Source: an uncultured Acidobacteriota bacterium (GTDB lineage Bacteria > Acidobacteriota > Thermoanaerobaculia > UBA5066 > DATFVB01). From it: 64,000 nt of DNA. Numbering within the stretch: the stretch's first letter is position 1; each line of letters begins with the position of its first letter. The notes beneath the pieces are model-generated. The model was given only the letters and a program-made list of their open reading frames with translations, made no database searches and had not been told where the DNA came from. The DNA lies in the NCBI GenBank assembly GCA_963813155.1, contig CAWEYG010000002.1, positions 128,001 through 192,000 on the forward strand. The letters are read 5' to 3'. This document shows positions 21,157-30,070 of the stretch, piece after piece. A program made the translations under genes and the position numbers.

Positions 21157-22404
21157 ATGGACGATTCTCTCGAAACGTTCTCGGCGACCCTGCGCGAAGC
21201 GCTCGACCCGCCCGTCCGGGTCCTCTTCTCCCGGAATTTCGTGGTTTGCAGCGTCCATTTCGACCGCTTCACGACCGAGGTCGCCGGGCGCGACCTCGAG
21301 CGGCTCGGCCTCCTCCGCGCGTTCGAGAGCCCCACGACCGCGGCCGAAGCGCTTTCCCGCGCCGGGCTCTCCCCGCGCGCCGAAACGCCCCTCGAATGGA
21401 TGCTCGCGAAGCTCGAGGAGGAAGGATTTTTCGAGGCCTTGCCGGGGCCGGGCCCCGCGCGCTACCGCCTTCGCGACCCGCATCCGCCGGCCGACAGCGG
21501 AGCCCGGGAGAAGGCCCTCGCGGTCGACCCCTCGAGCGCGCCGGCTTTCACCGTCGTCGAGGAGCTCTCCAAAAACATCGTCGACTACTTCGAAGGAAAG
21601 AAGACCGGAGAGGAGATCCTCTTTTCTCCCGCCCGCCTCTCGCTCTGGTTCGACTACTTCAACAACGACAACCTTCTCTACGCGATCAACAACCGTCTCG
21701 GCGCGGAAGCGGTCGTGCGCGCTCTCGCCGCGACGCGATCCTCCGAAGTCCTCGAGCTCGGAGGAGGCGCCGGTTCGGCGGCGCTCGCCCTGTTCGAGCG
21801 GCTCGAAGCCGACGGACTTCTCTCGAGGATCGGAAAGTACACGTTCACCGAGCCCGTTCCGACCTTCCTGCGCCGCGGGGAGCGGTCGCTGCGAGGCCGG
21901 TTCCCGGGAGTCGCCCTCGAGGCCCGCAAGCTCGACATGAACGTTTCTCTCGTGGAACAGGGAATCGCGGCGGAAAGCCTCGACCTCGTCTACGCCGTCA
22001 ACACGATCCATGTCTCGCGGGACCTCGGCGCCACCCTGCGGTTCGTCCGCGAAGTCCTGAAGCCGGGCGGCGCCGCGATCTTCTCCGAGTGCGTTCGGCC
22101 GAAGCCGAATCAACCGATCTACGTGGAATACGCGTTCAACTTCCTCGAGAATTTCGTCAACGTCGTGAAGGATCCCGTGACGCGGCCGACCCACGGGTTC
22201 CTGACTCCCGCGAACTGGCGAGCCGCGCTTTCCCGGGCCGGCTTCGAAAAGTTCGAGATCCTGCCCGACGTGGAAGAGCTCGCGAAGGAATTTCCGAAGT
22301 TCTTCGTCGGAGCGATCACGGCGCGCAAGCCGAAGCTGAGAGAGGACTGGTCCACCATCTCGCCTTTCCGCTCGTGGGAGAGGCCGCTACGACTCCGCGG
22401 GTGA
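21157..22404 (+). CDS. SAM-dependent methyltransferase resembling PKS C-methyltransferase domains
   Basis: VLELGGGAGS, YTFTE, LDMN..LVEQG, DLVYAVNTIH, LKPGG..IFSE. Confidence 0.8.
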   Translation: MDDSLETFSATLREALDPPVRVLFSRNFVVCSVHFDRFTTEVAGRDLERLGLLRAFESPTTAAEALSRAGLSPRAETPLEWMLAKLEEEGFFEALPGPGPARYRLRDPHPPADSGAREKALAVDPSSAPAFTVVEELSKNIVDYFEGKKTGEEILFSPARLSLWFDYFNNDNLLYAINNRLGAEAVVRALAATRSSEVLELGGGAGSAALALFERLEADGLLSRIGKYTFTEPVPTFLRRGERSLRGRFPGVALEARKLDMNVSLVEQGIAAESLDLVYAVNTIHVSRDLGATLRFVREVLKPGGAAIFSECVRPKPNQPIYVEYAFNFLENFVNVVKDPVTRPTHGFLTPANWRAALSRAGFEKFEILPDVEELAKEFPKFFVGAITARKPKLREDWSTISPFRSWERPLRLRG

Positions 22405-22463
22405 GCGGCAAGGATCTCGCCCGGCCACCCGTACCGGCTCTCGCACAGGCGCGAGAGAGGGAG

Positions 22464-23453
22464 CTACGCTTCGGCGCTCTCCGCGCGGCGCTTCGGGCGC
22501 CTCGCGATTTCCGCGGCGCTCTCGATCCGGCTCGGGTCGTCCCAGAACGGGTAGAAGCAGTACCACTGCGTCGGATATCGGCGAATGTAGCTCTCCAGGA
22601 TGCGCACGAAGCGCTCGACGTTCGCTCGAAGGTCGTCCGCGTGCTTTCCGCCGCGCGAGACCGGAAGCTCGGGCCCGATGACGATGCGGTAACGGTCTCC
22701 CTCCCGCAGGATGAAGGAAGGGAGAACGGCCGCGCCCGACACCATCGCGGCCGCGAACGGCCCCCTCGGAAAGAACGCGGGCCGCCCGAAGAACTCGACC
22801 GCGACCCCCGTGTTGTTGAAATCGCGATCGCACTGGATCCCCAGGATCTGCCCCCGGGCGAGCGCCTGCACGACCGCGACGCCCGACAGAAACGTGTCGC
22901 CGACGGGGATCTCCTCGACGCCCCACTTCCGGTGGATGCCGCTTCGGAACTTCTCGACGATCGGAAACCGGTCCGGTTTCAGCACGACGTGGATGGGATG
23001 GTCGAGCCCTCCGAGCAGCATTCCGCCGAGGTACCAGTTGCCGAGGTGAGCCGTCGCGAGAATCACTCCCTTGCCGCGGCGCTCGGCCTCGATGATCTTC
23101 TCGTATCCCTCGATGGCGGCGATCAGCGCCTGCGCCTCCGGAAACGTCCGCTGGGAAACGTAGAAGAAGTCGATCCAGTGGTACGAATGCTGGTCGATCA
23201 TCTCGCGGGCCGCGGCGGCGACCCGGGGCGAATCGGGCGCCTCGCCGAAGATCTGCGCGAAATTTCCGCGAATGGCTTTCATGTATTTCGGCCGGCAGCG
23301 AAAAAACCGGCCCACCGTCTGCCGCGCGATCGATTCCAGCCCGCGCCGCGGCAGCACGCGCGTCATCGCGCGAAACAGGGGAAACCAGAGGTAGAACGTC
23401 GCGGAGTAGAGCGCGTTGACCAGGCGGTTGCGGGTGGCCATCTTGTCCTGCAT
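22464..23453 (-). CDS. Lipid A lauroyl/PIM-type lysophospholipid acyltransferase
   Basis: TAHLGNW, VEFFGRPAFFPRGP, IRRYPTQW. Confidence 0.85.
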   Translation of the reverse strand: MQDKMATRNRLVNALYSATFYLWFPLFRAMTRVLPRRGLESIARQTVGRFFRCRPKYMKAIRGNFAQIFGEAPDSPRVAAAAREMIDQHSYHWIDFFYVSQRTFPEAQALIAAIEGYEKIIEAERRGKGVILATAHLGNWYLGGMLLGGLDHPIHVVLKPDRFPIVEKFRSGIHRKWGVEEIPVGDTFLSGVAVVQALARGQILGIQCDRDFNNTGVAVEFFGRPAFFPRGPFAAAMVSGAAVLPSFILREGDRYRIVIGPELPVSRGGKHADDLRANVERFVRILESYIRRYPTQWYCFYPFWDDPSRIESAAEIARRPKRRAESAEA

Positions 23454-23455
23454 GG

Positions 23456-24673
23456 CTATTCCCGCGAGAGAACGCGCGGAGCGCCCGCGGTGACGAGAAC
23501 ATCGTCTTCGATCCGGGCGCCGAGCCCCAGCCAGTTTGCCGGCGCTCCGCTTCCTTCGCGAAAGTAGACGCCGGGCTCGACGGTCAGGACCATTCCGGGT
23601 TGAAGGACGCGCGGCGAACCGCCGGGGTGGGTCGCTCCCGCGTCGTGGACGTCGAGACCCAGCCAGTGGCTCGTGCGGTGAATCGTGAACGGCTGCTGGC
23701 GCCCGGCGGCGAGGATGTCCTCGACGGCGCCCTCGAGAACCCCGAAGTCCCGCAGCCCCGCCGCGAGAACGCGTTGGGCCGCCGCGTGCACGTCGTCGAA
23801 AGTCCGGCCGGGACGGCATTCGCCGACCGCCGCAAGATGGGCCGCCGCCACGACGTCCCAGAGAGCCGACTGCTCGCCCGTCGGAGCGCCCGACGCCGAG
23901 AACGTGCGCGTGACGTCGGCCGCGTAGAGGCCGTACTCGGCGCCGGCGTCGATGAGGACGGTGTCGTTCGCCTCGATCCGGCGGGAGTTGTCGTGGTAAT
24001 GGAGCGTCGTCGCGTTGCGGCCCGAGGCAACGATCGACGGGTAGGCCGGGCCGGACGCACCGCGATCCCGAAAATGAAATTCCACCACGGCCTGAACCTG
24101 GTACTCGTAGAGGCCGGGCCGCACCGCCGCGGCGGCCCGGGCATGGGCGTCGGCCGTGATCTTCGCGGCCTTTTCCAGCAGCTCGATCTCCGATCGCTCC
24201 TTGACGAGCCGCATTTCGGCGATCGTGGCCGCGGGATCGAACAGTTCGGGAGCCGGCTGACCGGTCCGGGAAGCCCGGTACTCCGAGAGCCAGCCGTCGA
24301 GCCGCGCGTCGCGCCCCACGGGCAGCCCGATCCGGTCGCACCCGGCGAGGCAACTCGCGAGCAGGTCCGGGAGCTTGTCGAGCGAGCAGCCGATCGCGCC
24401 GTAGCGCTGGACGCCCTCGACCCCCTCCCGTTCGCCGTCCCATGCCTCCCGCACGGGGTCGCGGGGCCGGACCGCGAGATAGAACTCGGCGTTTCGGAAT
24501 ACCGCCACGGCATCGGGCTCCGAATATCCGGTCAGGTAGGCGAAATCGGAATTCTGCCGGAAGGGGTGCTCCGTGTCGCGCGAACGCAGCTGCACCCTGC
24601 CCGCCGGCACGACCGCCGGAGCGCCGCCGAGGAGCTCCGCGAATCGCTTTCTCCGTCCGGCGAAATCGTGCAT
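23456..24673 (-). CDS. pepP: Xaa-Pro aminopeptidase (cytoplasmic paralogue)
   Basis: FRQNSDFAYLTG, TLHY, YAADVTRTF, HWLGLDVHD, TVEPG, RIEDD. Confidence 0.9.
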   Translation of the reverse strand: MHDFAGRRKRFAELLGGAPAVVPAGRVQLRSRDTEHPFRQNSDFAYLTGYSEPDAVAVFRNAEFYLAVRPRDPVREAWDGEREGVEGVQRYGAIGCSLDKLPDLLASCLAGCDRIGLPVGRDARLDGWLSEYRASRTGQPAPELFDPAATIAEMRLVKERSEIELLEKAAKITADAHARAAAAVRPGLYEYQVQAVVEFHFRDRGASGPAYPSIVASGRNATTLHYHDNSRRIEANDTVLIDAGAEYGLYAADVTRTFSASGAPTGEQSALWDVVAAAHLAAVGECRPGRTFDDVHAAAQRVLAAGLRDFGVLEGAVEDILAAGRQQPFTIHRTSHWLGLDVHDAGATHPGGSPRVLQPGMVLTVEPGVYFREGSGAPANWLGLGARIEDDVLVTAGAPRVLSRE

Positions 24674-24784
24674 TCGCGGATGATACGCGAGGGCGCGTCA
24701 GCCGAGCACCAAGGGTTGTCATTCCCGCAACAGAGCGTCGATGAGCAAGGTGTTACGCGACTTCCCCGATACAATCGTTCCAAG

Positions 24785-25741
24785 GTGCGCCTCGATCAGC
24801 TCGTCTCCAGCAGATTCTCCCTTTCCCGGCGGAAGGCGCGCGAATACGTGGAGACCGGCCGCGTCGATCTCGAGGGATCCCCGTGCCGCGAGCCGGGAAC
24901 CGACGTCGCCGAAGACGAGACCGTCCGCCTCGACGTGAACCGTCCGGCGCTCGGCCGGGTTCGTTCGAACCTTCGCGTTCTCCTCGAAGACGGCGACGTG
25001 CTGCTCGTCGAGAAGCCCGCGGGGCTGCTGTCCGTTCCGACCGAAGCGCAGGAGAGGGACACTCTCCTCGCCCGTGTCAACTCCTACCTCCAGTATCGGC
25101 ACGGGAAGAGGCCGTTCGTCGGGGTCGTCCACCGCCTCGACAAGGACACTTCCGGAGTGCTCGTCTTCACGCGGACTCGGGAGACGCTTCGGGAACTTCA
25201 GGAGCTGTTTCGGCGGCACCAGGTCGAGCGGGAATACGTCGCGATCGTCGAAGGGGAGGTGACCCAGGACTCCGGAACGATCGGCCTCGAGCTCGTGCGG
25301 GACCGCGGCGACCGGAGGCGCGGGACCGCGCGCCGCGGCGAGCCGGGAATACCCGCGGTCACGCATTTCCGCGTGATCGAGCGTCGCGCCGGCGCGACGC
25401 TCCTCTCGATTCGGCTCGAGACGGGACGCACCCACCAGATCCGCGTCCATCTCGCGGCTCTCGGCTTTCCGGTGCTCGGCGACGCCGTGTACCGGCCCCG
25501 GACGCTGCCGCCGCCGCGAATCGCCGCTTCGCGTCAGATGCTCCACGCGCGCACGCTCGGATTCCGCCACGACGGGCGTTCGATCCGGGCGGAGAGCCCG
25601 ATTCCGGAGGACTTCCGCAAGACCTGGGAAAAACTCGGCGCTCTTCGCGCCCGCCCTCCGGCGCCCCTCCCGCGCGCACGCCCGACTCCGAGCGCCGCGC
25701 CGCGACCCGGAAAATCGCCGTCAAAACGCCGGCCGGCGTGA
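24785..25741 (+). CDS. RluA-family (RluD-like) pseudouridine synthase with S4 domain
   Basis: RLD N-terminus, KPAGL, VHRLDKDTSG, LETGRTHQIRVH. Confidence 0.9.
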   Translation: MRLDQLVSSRFSLSRRKAREYVETGRVDLEGSPCREPGTDVAEDETVRLDVNRPALGRVRSNLRVLLEDGDVLLVEKPAGLLSVPTEAQERDTLLARVNSYLQYRHGKRPFVGVVHRLDKDTSGVLVFTRTRETLRELQELFRRHQVEREYVAIVEGEVTQDSGTIGLELVRDRGDRRRGTARRGEPGIPAVTHFRVIERRAGATLLSIRLETGRTHQIRVHLAALGFPVLGDAVYRPRTLPPPRIAASRQMLHARTLGFRHDGRSIRAESPIPEDFRKTWEKLGALRARPPAPLPRARPTPSAAPRPGKSPSKRRPA

Positions 25742-25815
25742 GCGCGAGGCGCGTCATGTGCGCCGGCCCCGGCGAGACTCGATCCGGGTTACACTCGAGC
25801 GTTGAGGAGGAAGAC

Positions 25816-26256
25816 ATGAGCGAAACGATTCAGATGTCGTCGGCGGCGAAGAAACCCCGAGCTCGCGCGGCGGCGACCCGAAAACCCGCCCGGAAGCCGG
25901 TGGCGAAAAAGAAAACTCCCGCGGGAGCGGCTCTGCGCCAGGCCCGCGCTCTTCGAGCGATGCTTTCCGAAGTCTCCCGGAGCGCGAACCGCGCCGGCTC
26001 GAAAATCGCAACGATCTCCCAGCGGGGAGGCGCCGCGACGAAGAAGGCGATCGGGACCGCCGGCAAGGCCACTCGCCGCGCCGTGCAGAGCTCCGTTCGG
26101 GAATGGAAAAGACTCGATACGCCCCGGAAGATCGAATTCGTCGCGACGCTGCTCTCGGCCCTCGCGGCGGCGTCCGGAGCCGTCGTGCGGGAGCGCGGAC
26201 GGAAGAAGAGCCTATCGGGCCGCGCTGGCTCTCTGTTCCGGAAAGCGCTTCGTTAG
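25816..26256 (+). CDS. Basic Lys/Arg/Ala-rich hypothetical protein with a C-terminal hydrophobic helix
   Basis: SD GAGGAGG; AAKKPRARAAATRKPARKPVAKKK; IEFVATLLSALAAASGAVV. Confidence 0.65.
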   Translation: MSETIQMSSAAKKPRARAAATRKPARKPVAKKKTPAGAALRQARALRAMLSEVSRSANRAGSKIATISQRGGAATKKAIGTAGKATRRAVQSSVREWKRLDTPRKIEFVATLLSALAAASGAVVRERGRKKSLSGRAGSLFRKALR

Positions 26257-26880
26257 CCAGGCCGACAGCTCCTCCGGGTGGAACCCGAAGGGACCGAGCT
26301 TGCCCTTGTACGCGACGCGCCCCCCCTCGTCGACAACGTAGATTCGCTCCGGCCAGCCGCCGTAGAGAAAGTCGGCGCGGTTGTCCATCGTGTCGGAAGC
26401 GAGGGGCAGCGTGTAGCGGAACCTTCCGATGAAATCGCGCGCGATCGCGAGGCGCTGATCGAGCGTGTGCGGCTGCGGGTAGCAGACGCTCTGTTCGTCG
26501 TTTTCGGGCATCTTCCACTCGTCGATCGGATGGGCCTCGCGGATGTAGACGGTGAGGAACTCGGCGCGTTCCCCGTACTTCTCGTAGATTTTCGCGATTC
26601 GCCCGACCGAGCGCCGGAACGGCGGTCAGGTGAAGCTGCCGAAGACGAGGACGAGAGGCTTTCTGCCGATGTGATCCGAGATGCGGGTCGTGCCCGACCC
26701 GTCCGGCAGCCGCAGAACGGCGTCGGGAGCGCGGTCCCCGACTTTCAGAGAGCCTTCCCGGCGCGTGTCGTAGCGCAGCATGCCGAGGATGTTCCTCGGC
26801 CCGATCTGCCAGGCCGCGAACGCCGTGAAGGCGACGATCCCGAGGCCGAGGACCGCGAGACCGCGCTTGACGAATTTCAT
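26212..26880 (-). CDS. Iodothyronine deiodinase-like selenoprotein (UGA at 26626-26628 read as Sec), 222 aa
   Basis: Continuous frame PLVLVFGSFT-U-PPF...VYIREAHPIDEW...DTMDN...YGGWPERIYV matching deiodinase motifs on both sides of the TGA. Confidence 0.88.
26600..26613 (-). promoter_or_regulatory. Candidate bacterial SECIS hairpin
   Basis: CGCUC-GGUC-GGGCG stem-loop starting after a 12-nt spacer 3' of the UGA; GGUC loop as in the E. coli fdhF SECIS. Confidence 0.55.
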
Positions 26881-26952
26881 CGCCGAAGATTGTAACCGCA
26901 GATCCGGGGCTTCGCTCCGCCGACGGCACACATCGAAGCCACCCTCCAAATT

Positions 26953-27002
26953 CCCTCTCCCGGCGGGAGAGGGTGGCGGGCGACGCCCGCCGGGTGAGGG
27001 GG
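26953..27002 (-). repeat. REP-like palindromic element (CCCCTCACCCGG...CCCTCTCCC-N3-GGGAGAGGG type)
   Basis: Hairpins CCCTCTCCC/GGGAGAGGG and GGCGGGCG/CGCCCGCC; resembles a widespread extragenic palindrome type. Confidence 0.7.
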
Positions 27003-27007
27003 AGGGT

Positions 27008-27178
27008 CCCCACGCGGGTCTTCGGTGTCTCCTTCGAGGAGACGCAGCGCGCACCTCGGTGGCATCCATTTCGCGCGCTCCTCGGGCGGATTTTTTCGCG
27101 AGTGCACATCCCGTAGGTTCTGGCGGATACCGGCGAAAAAATCTACGCTCCTCTCGGGAGACACCTGTGACCCGCGTC
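27008..27178 (+). repeat. ~171-bp structured repeat element Z, copy A (MITE-like or ncRNA)
   Basis: Imperfect terminal inverted repeats ACGCGGGTC..GGTGTCTCC..GAGGAG; inverted copy at 37501-37672. Confidence 0.9.
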
Positions 27179-27213
27179 AGGACCCGCGCCAGGAAATGCT
27201 TTAAGCTTTCGAG

Positions 27214-27942
27214 GTGAACCTCAAGTTCTTCGGCACGAAAGGGTATGTCGAGGAGCACTCTCCGACGCACTTCGGCCACTCGGCCTTCTCGGTCGCGACT
27301 CGCGGCTTTCGGCTGCTCTTCGATTTCGGCCAGAACCGGAAAGGCCTGCTCCGAGAGATCCGGCCCGATGCCATCTACGTCTCGCACGCCCATCCCGACC
27401 ACGCCTGGGGCCTCGAGGAAGGAACGGAGGCTCCGGTCTACGCCTCGGGCGCGACGCACGAGATCCTGAAGAATCTTCCGATCGCGCGCCGGATCGTCCT
27501 GAATCCCGGTGAACCGGCAAAAGCGGGACCGTTTCGCCTGACGGCGTTCCCGGTCGCTCACTCCGTTCGGTGTCCCTGCGCGGCCGTGCGGATCGGAGCG
27601 GGAAAGAAGGTCTTCGTCTATTCCGGCGACATCGTTTCTTTCGAGAAGCCGGAAAGCGCGCTCGCCGGGGCGGAGCTCTATGTCGGGGACGGATCGACCC
27701 TGCGGGGTTCGCTCGTGCGGCGCCACAAGAGCGGAGCGTTGATCGGCCACACGACCATTCGCGCGCAGTTGGGATGGCTTGCGAAGGCGGGAGTCGCGCG
27801 CGCGATCTTTTCGCATTTCGGGAAAGATCCGATCGAGATGGGGGACGAGCAGCTGAACAGCGAGCTCGCGGCGCTGGCGGCCGAGAAAGCGCCGGACTGC
27901 CGCGTCGAGGCCGCGACGGACGGCGCGGAATTCGAGATCTAG
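27214..27942 (+). CDS. Metallo-beta-lactamase fold hydrolase
   Basis: FFGTKG, LFDFG, SHAHPDH, YSGD, FSHF. Confidence 0.85.
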   Translation: MNLKFFGTKGYVEEHSPTHFGHSAFSVATRGFRLLFDFGQNRKGLLREIRPDAIYVSHAHPDHAWGLEEGTEAPVYASGATHEILKNLPIARRIVLNPGEPAKAGPFRLTAFPVAHSVRCPCAAVRIGAGKKVFVYSGDIVSFEKPESALAGAELYVGDGSTLRGSLVRRHKSGALIGHTTIRAQLGWLAKAGVARAIFSHFGKDPIEMGDEQLNSELAALAAEKAPDCRVEAATDGAEFEI

Positions 27943-27955
27943 TCGAAGGGAAGCT

Positions 27956-28879
27956 TCACAGGTAGCTCTCGAGCCGGACCCGCCCGCGCGACGCGAGCAG
28001 GGGCTTCCAGAGATCGCCGAGGCGCCGGAGCCGGTCCGGCACGTTGTCGACCCGGAAGTCCTCGATCTCGACTCCCCTCTCCAGCTCTTTCCAGGAGACG
28101 GGAGCCGAAACGCAGGCCCGGGGATGCGGCCGGACGGAATAAATCGACGCGAGCGTGCGGCCCCAGGCGTTCTGGTTGTAGTCGATGAGGACTCGCTTCG
28201 ACGGCCGCTTCGCAATGCGGTACTCCGCCGTCGCGAGGCGCGGGGCGAGGGTCGCGAGCCGTTGGGCGAGGTCCTTCGCGAAAGCCCAGACCTGTTTCTG
28301 CGTCGGCCCCCGAACGATCGGAACGTAGACGTGGATGCCTTTCGAGCCGGTCGTCTTCGCGAAGCTCTTCATCCGAAGCCGGTCGAGCTGGTCGCGGACG
28401 AGAAGCGCGGTCTCTCGCACCTGCGCGAAGGTCGCGCCGCGGAAGGGGTCGAGGTCGAAGTGGAGATAGTCGGGAAGGTTCACCTCGTCGCACCGCGAGT
28501 ACCACGGGTTCAGGTCGATGCAGCCGAGATTGACGACCCAGAGCAGCGAAGCCAGGTCCTGGATCATCGGAAACCGAATGACGCTGCCCGAGGCGTGCCG
28601 GATCGAGCACGTCTCGATCCACTCCGGTCGGGGCTCGGGCGCCCGCTTCATGAAGAAGAACGCTCCCGACGCCCCGTGCGGATATCGCTTCATCACCATC
28701 GCGCGGCCGCGCAAGTGCGGCAGGAGCCAGGGAGAGACATCCGAGTAGTACCGAAGGAGGTTTCCCTTCGAAATGCCGGACTCCGGCCAGTAGAGCTTGC
28801 CGAGATTCGTCAGGGACACGGCCTTTCCGTCGACGGAGATCGTCGCCCCGCCCTCCGGGGACGCGCCGGATCGCTTCAT
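27956..28879 (-). CDS. Stand-alone LigD polymerase (primase-polymerase) domain protein
   Basis: LTNLGKLYWP, KRYPHG, FDLDP, KTTGSKGIHVYVP, IDYNQN, YSVRP. Confidence 0.88.
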   Translation of the reverse strand: MKRSGASPEGGATISVDGKAVSLTNLGKLYWPESGISKGNLLRYYSDVSPWLLPHLRGRAMVMKRYPHGASGAFFFMKRAPEPRPEWIETCSIRHASGSVIRFPMIQDLASLLWVVNLGCIDLNPWYSRCDEVNLPDYLHFDLDPFRGATFAQVRETALLVRDQLDRLRMKSFAKTTGSKGIHVYVPIVRGPTQKQVWAFAKDLAQRLATLAPRLATAEYRIAKRPSKRVLIDYNQNAWGRTLASIYSVRPHPRACVSAPVSWKELERGVEIEDFRVDNVPDRLRRLGDLWKPLLASRGRVRLESYL

Positions 28880-30033
28880 CGCGCGGCGCCCCGGATCTCG
28901 CGCTCCAGCTCCGGAGTCGGCTCGAGGCCGAGGCTCTTCGCGCGTTCGAGCTCGCGCAGCGCTCCCGCCGCGTCGCCTGACCGCAGGAGGGCGAGCGCGA
29001 GGTCCTGCCTCGCGAACGCGTCGTCCGGGTTCCGCTCCACGGCCTCGCTCCAGGCGCTTGCCGCGGACGCGTAGTCGCCTTCGCGAAGGGCGAGATCCGC
29101 CCAGCCGCGGAGCAGGTCGTCCGGCAGCGGCGAAAGGGGTGCGCAGAGACACGCCGCTTCCAACGGGTTCGCCGACTCGATAGCGAGGGCGCACGGGAGA
29201 AGGGCGTCGGCCTCGGCCAGCCGCGCGAGCGACTCGGCAGCCGACGACTCCGCGGCGGCGAGCTCCGGAGTCCATTCGCCGCGGCCTCGCGCTTCCGCGA
29301 TCTCGCGGTGGGCCTCCTCTTCCCGGCCGAGGAGCGCGAGGACCCGAACGAGCATCGTGGACCGGTCCCTCTCGTTCGCGGGAACGCCGCGGTCGTCCAT
29401 CGCCGCGAGGGCGCGGCCGTATTCCTCCCATTTCTCCGCCGGGACGGGAACGGGCTCGTCGAAGAAGCTCCTCTCCCGGAGGATCCCGACGAGCTTCCGC
29501 GAACCGGCGTCGAAGTCGCCCCGGCCCGCCTCCGGGTGCATCGGCGAGGAGAGGTCGCCGACGTGCACCGCCCCGAACACGTGGCCGAGCTCGTGCTCGA
29601 GAATCGCGCGAGGGCCGGGGAAACGCGTCGCGTCGCCGACGAAGATCGCGCTCACACCCCGGCGAAAGTCGGTGAGCCCGCGCCGAATCCCGGTTCCCGG
29701 CACCGCGAGCAGGAGGATTCGGCCGTTCCCGGCCCCTCGGGAAAGCCGGGCGAGGGTCGAACGGGTGACCGGGGCGCCCCTCTCGAACTCCGGAGCCGGC
29801 GCGCAATCCGATCCGGTGAAGCGAATTCCAAATTCCCGCTCGAAGTCTCGCGAAGCCTGGGCCAGGGCGGCCCGCACGACCGCGCACGGCTGCGTCGGTT
29901 TCCGGGTCCCGGCGATGAAGACGTCAACCCCCACGGTTCGGATTCCGTCCGTGGCGCCGGTTGCGACGGACGCCGAGGCGCAGTAGCCTCCCAGAAACGC
30001 GATGGCGATCGTCAAGAGTCCGCGCGCGCTCAT
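28876..30033 (-). CDS. Secreted Zn metallopeptidase (metzincin-like) with C-terminal TPR repeats
   Basis: Signal peptide; HELGHVFGAVH...SPM Met-turn; TPR-like helices. Confidence 0.7.
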   Translation of the reverse strand: MSARGLLTIAIAFLGGYCASASVATGATDGIRTVGVDVFIAGTRKPTQPCAVVRAALAQASRDFEREFGIRFTGSDCAPAPEFERGAPVTRSTLARLSRGAGNGRILLLAVPGTGIRRGLTDFRRGVSAIFVGDATRFPGPRAILEHELGHVFGAVHVGDLSSPMHPEAGRGDFDAGSRKLVGILRERSFFDEPVPVPAEKWEEYGRALAAMDDRGVPANERDRSTMLVRVLALLGREEEAHREIAEARGRGEWTPELAAAESSAAESLARLAEADALLPCALAIESANPLEAACLCAPLSPLPDDLLRGWADLALREGDYASAASAWSEAVERNPDDAFARQDLALALLRSGDAAGALRELERAKSLGLEPTPELEREIRGAAR

Positions 30034-30070
30034 CCACGGCCATTTTAGGCCGCCTCCGGCCGGCCGGGCG

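Noticed and set aside
19122-23567. Very long Arg/Gly/Pro-rich ORFs (for example 1481 aa here, 39981-43343, 57303-61223)
   Set aside because: They are antisense or off-frame shadows of recognisable genes in high-GC DNA and contain no motifs.
26881-28215. N-terminal part of the 529-aa ORF 26626-28215
   Set aside because: It is antisense to the MBL gene and crosses repeats; only the part from ATG 26880 is real and belongs to the selenoprotein.
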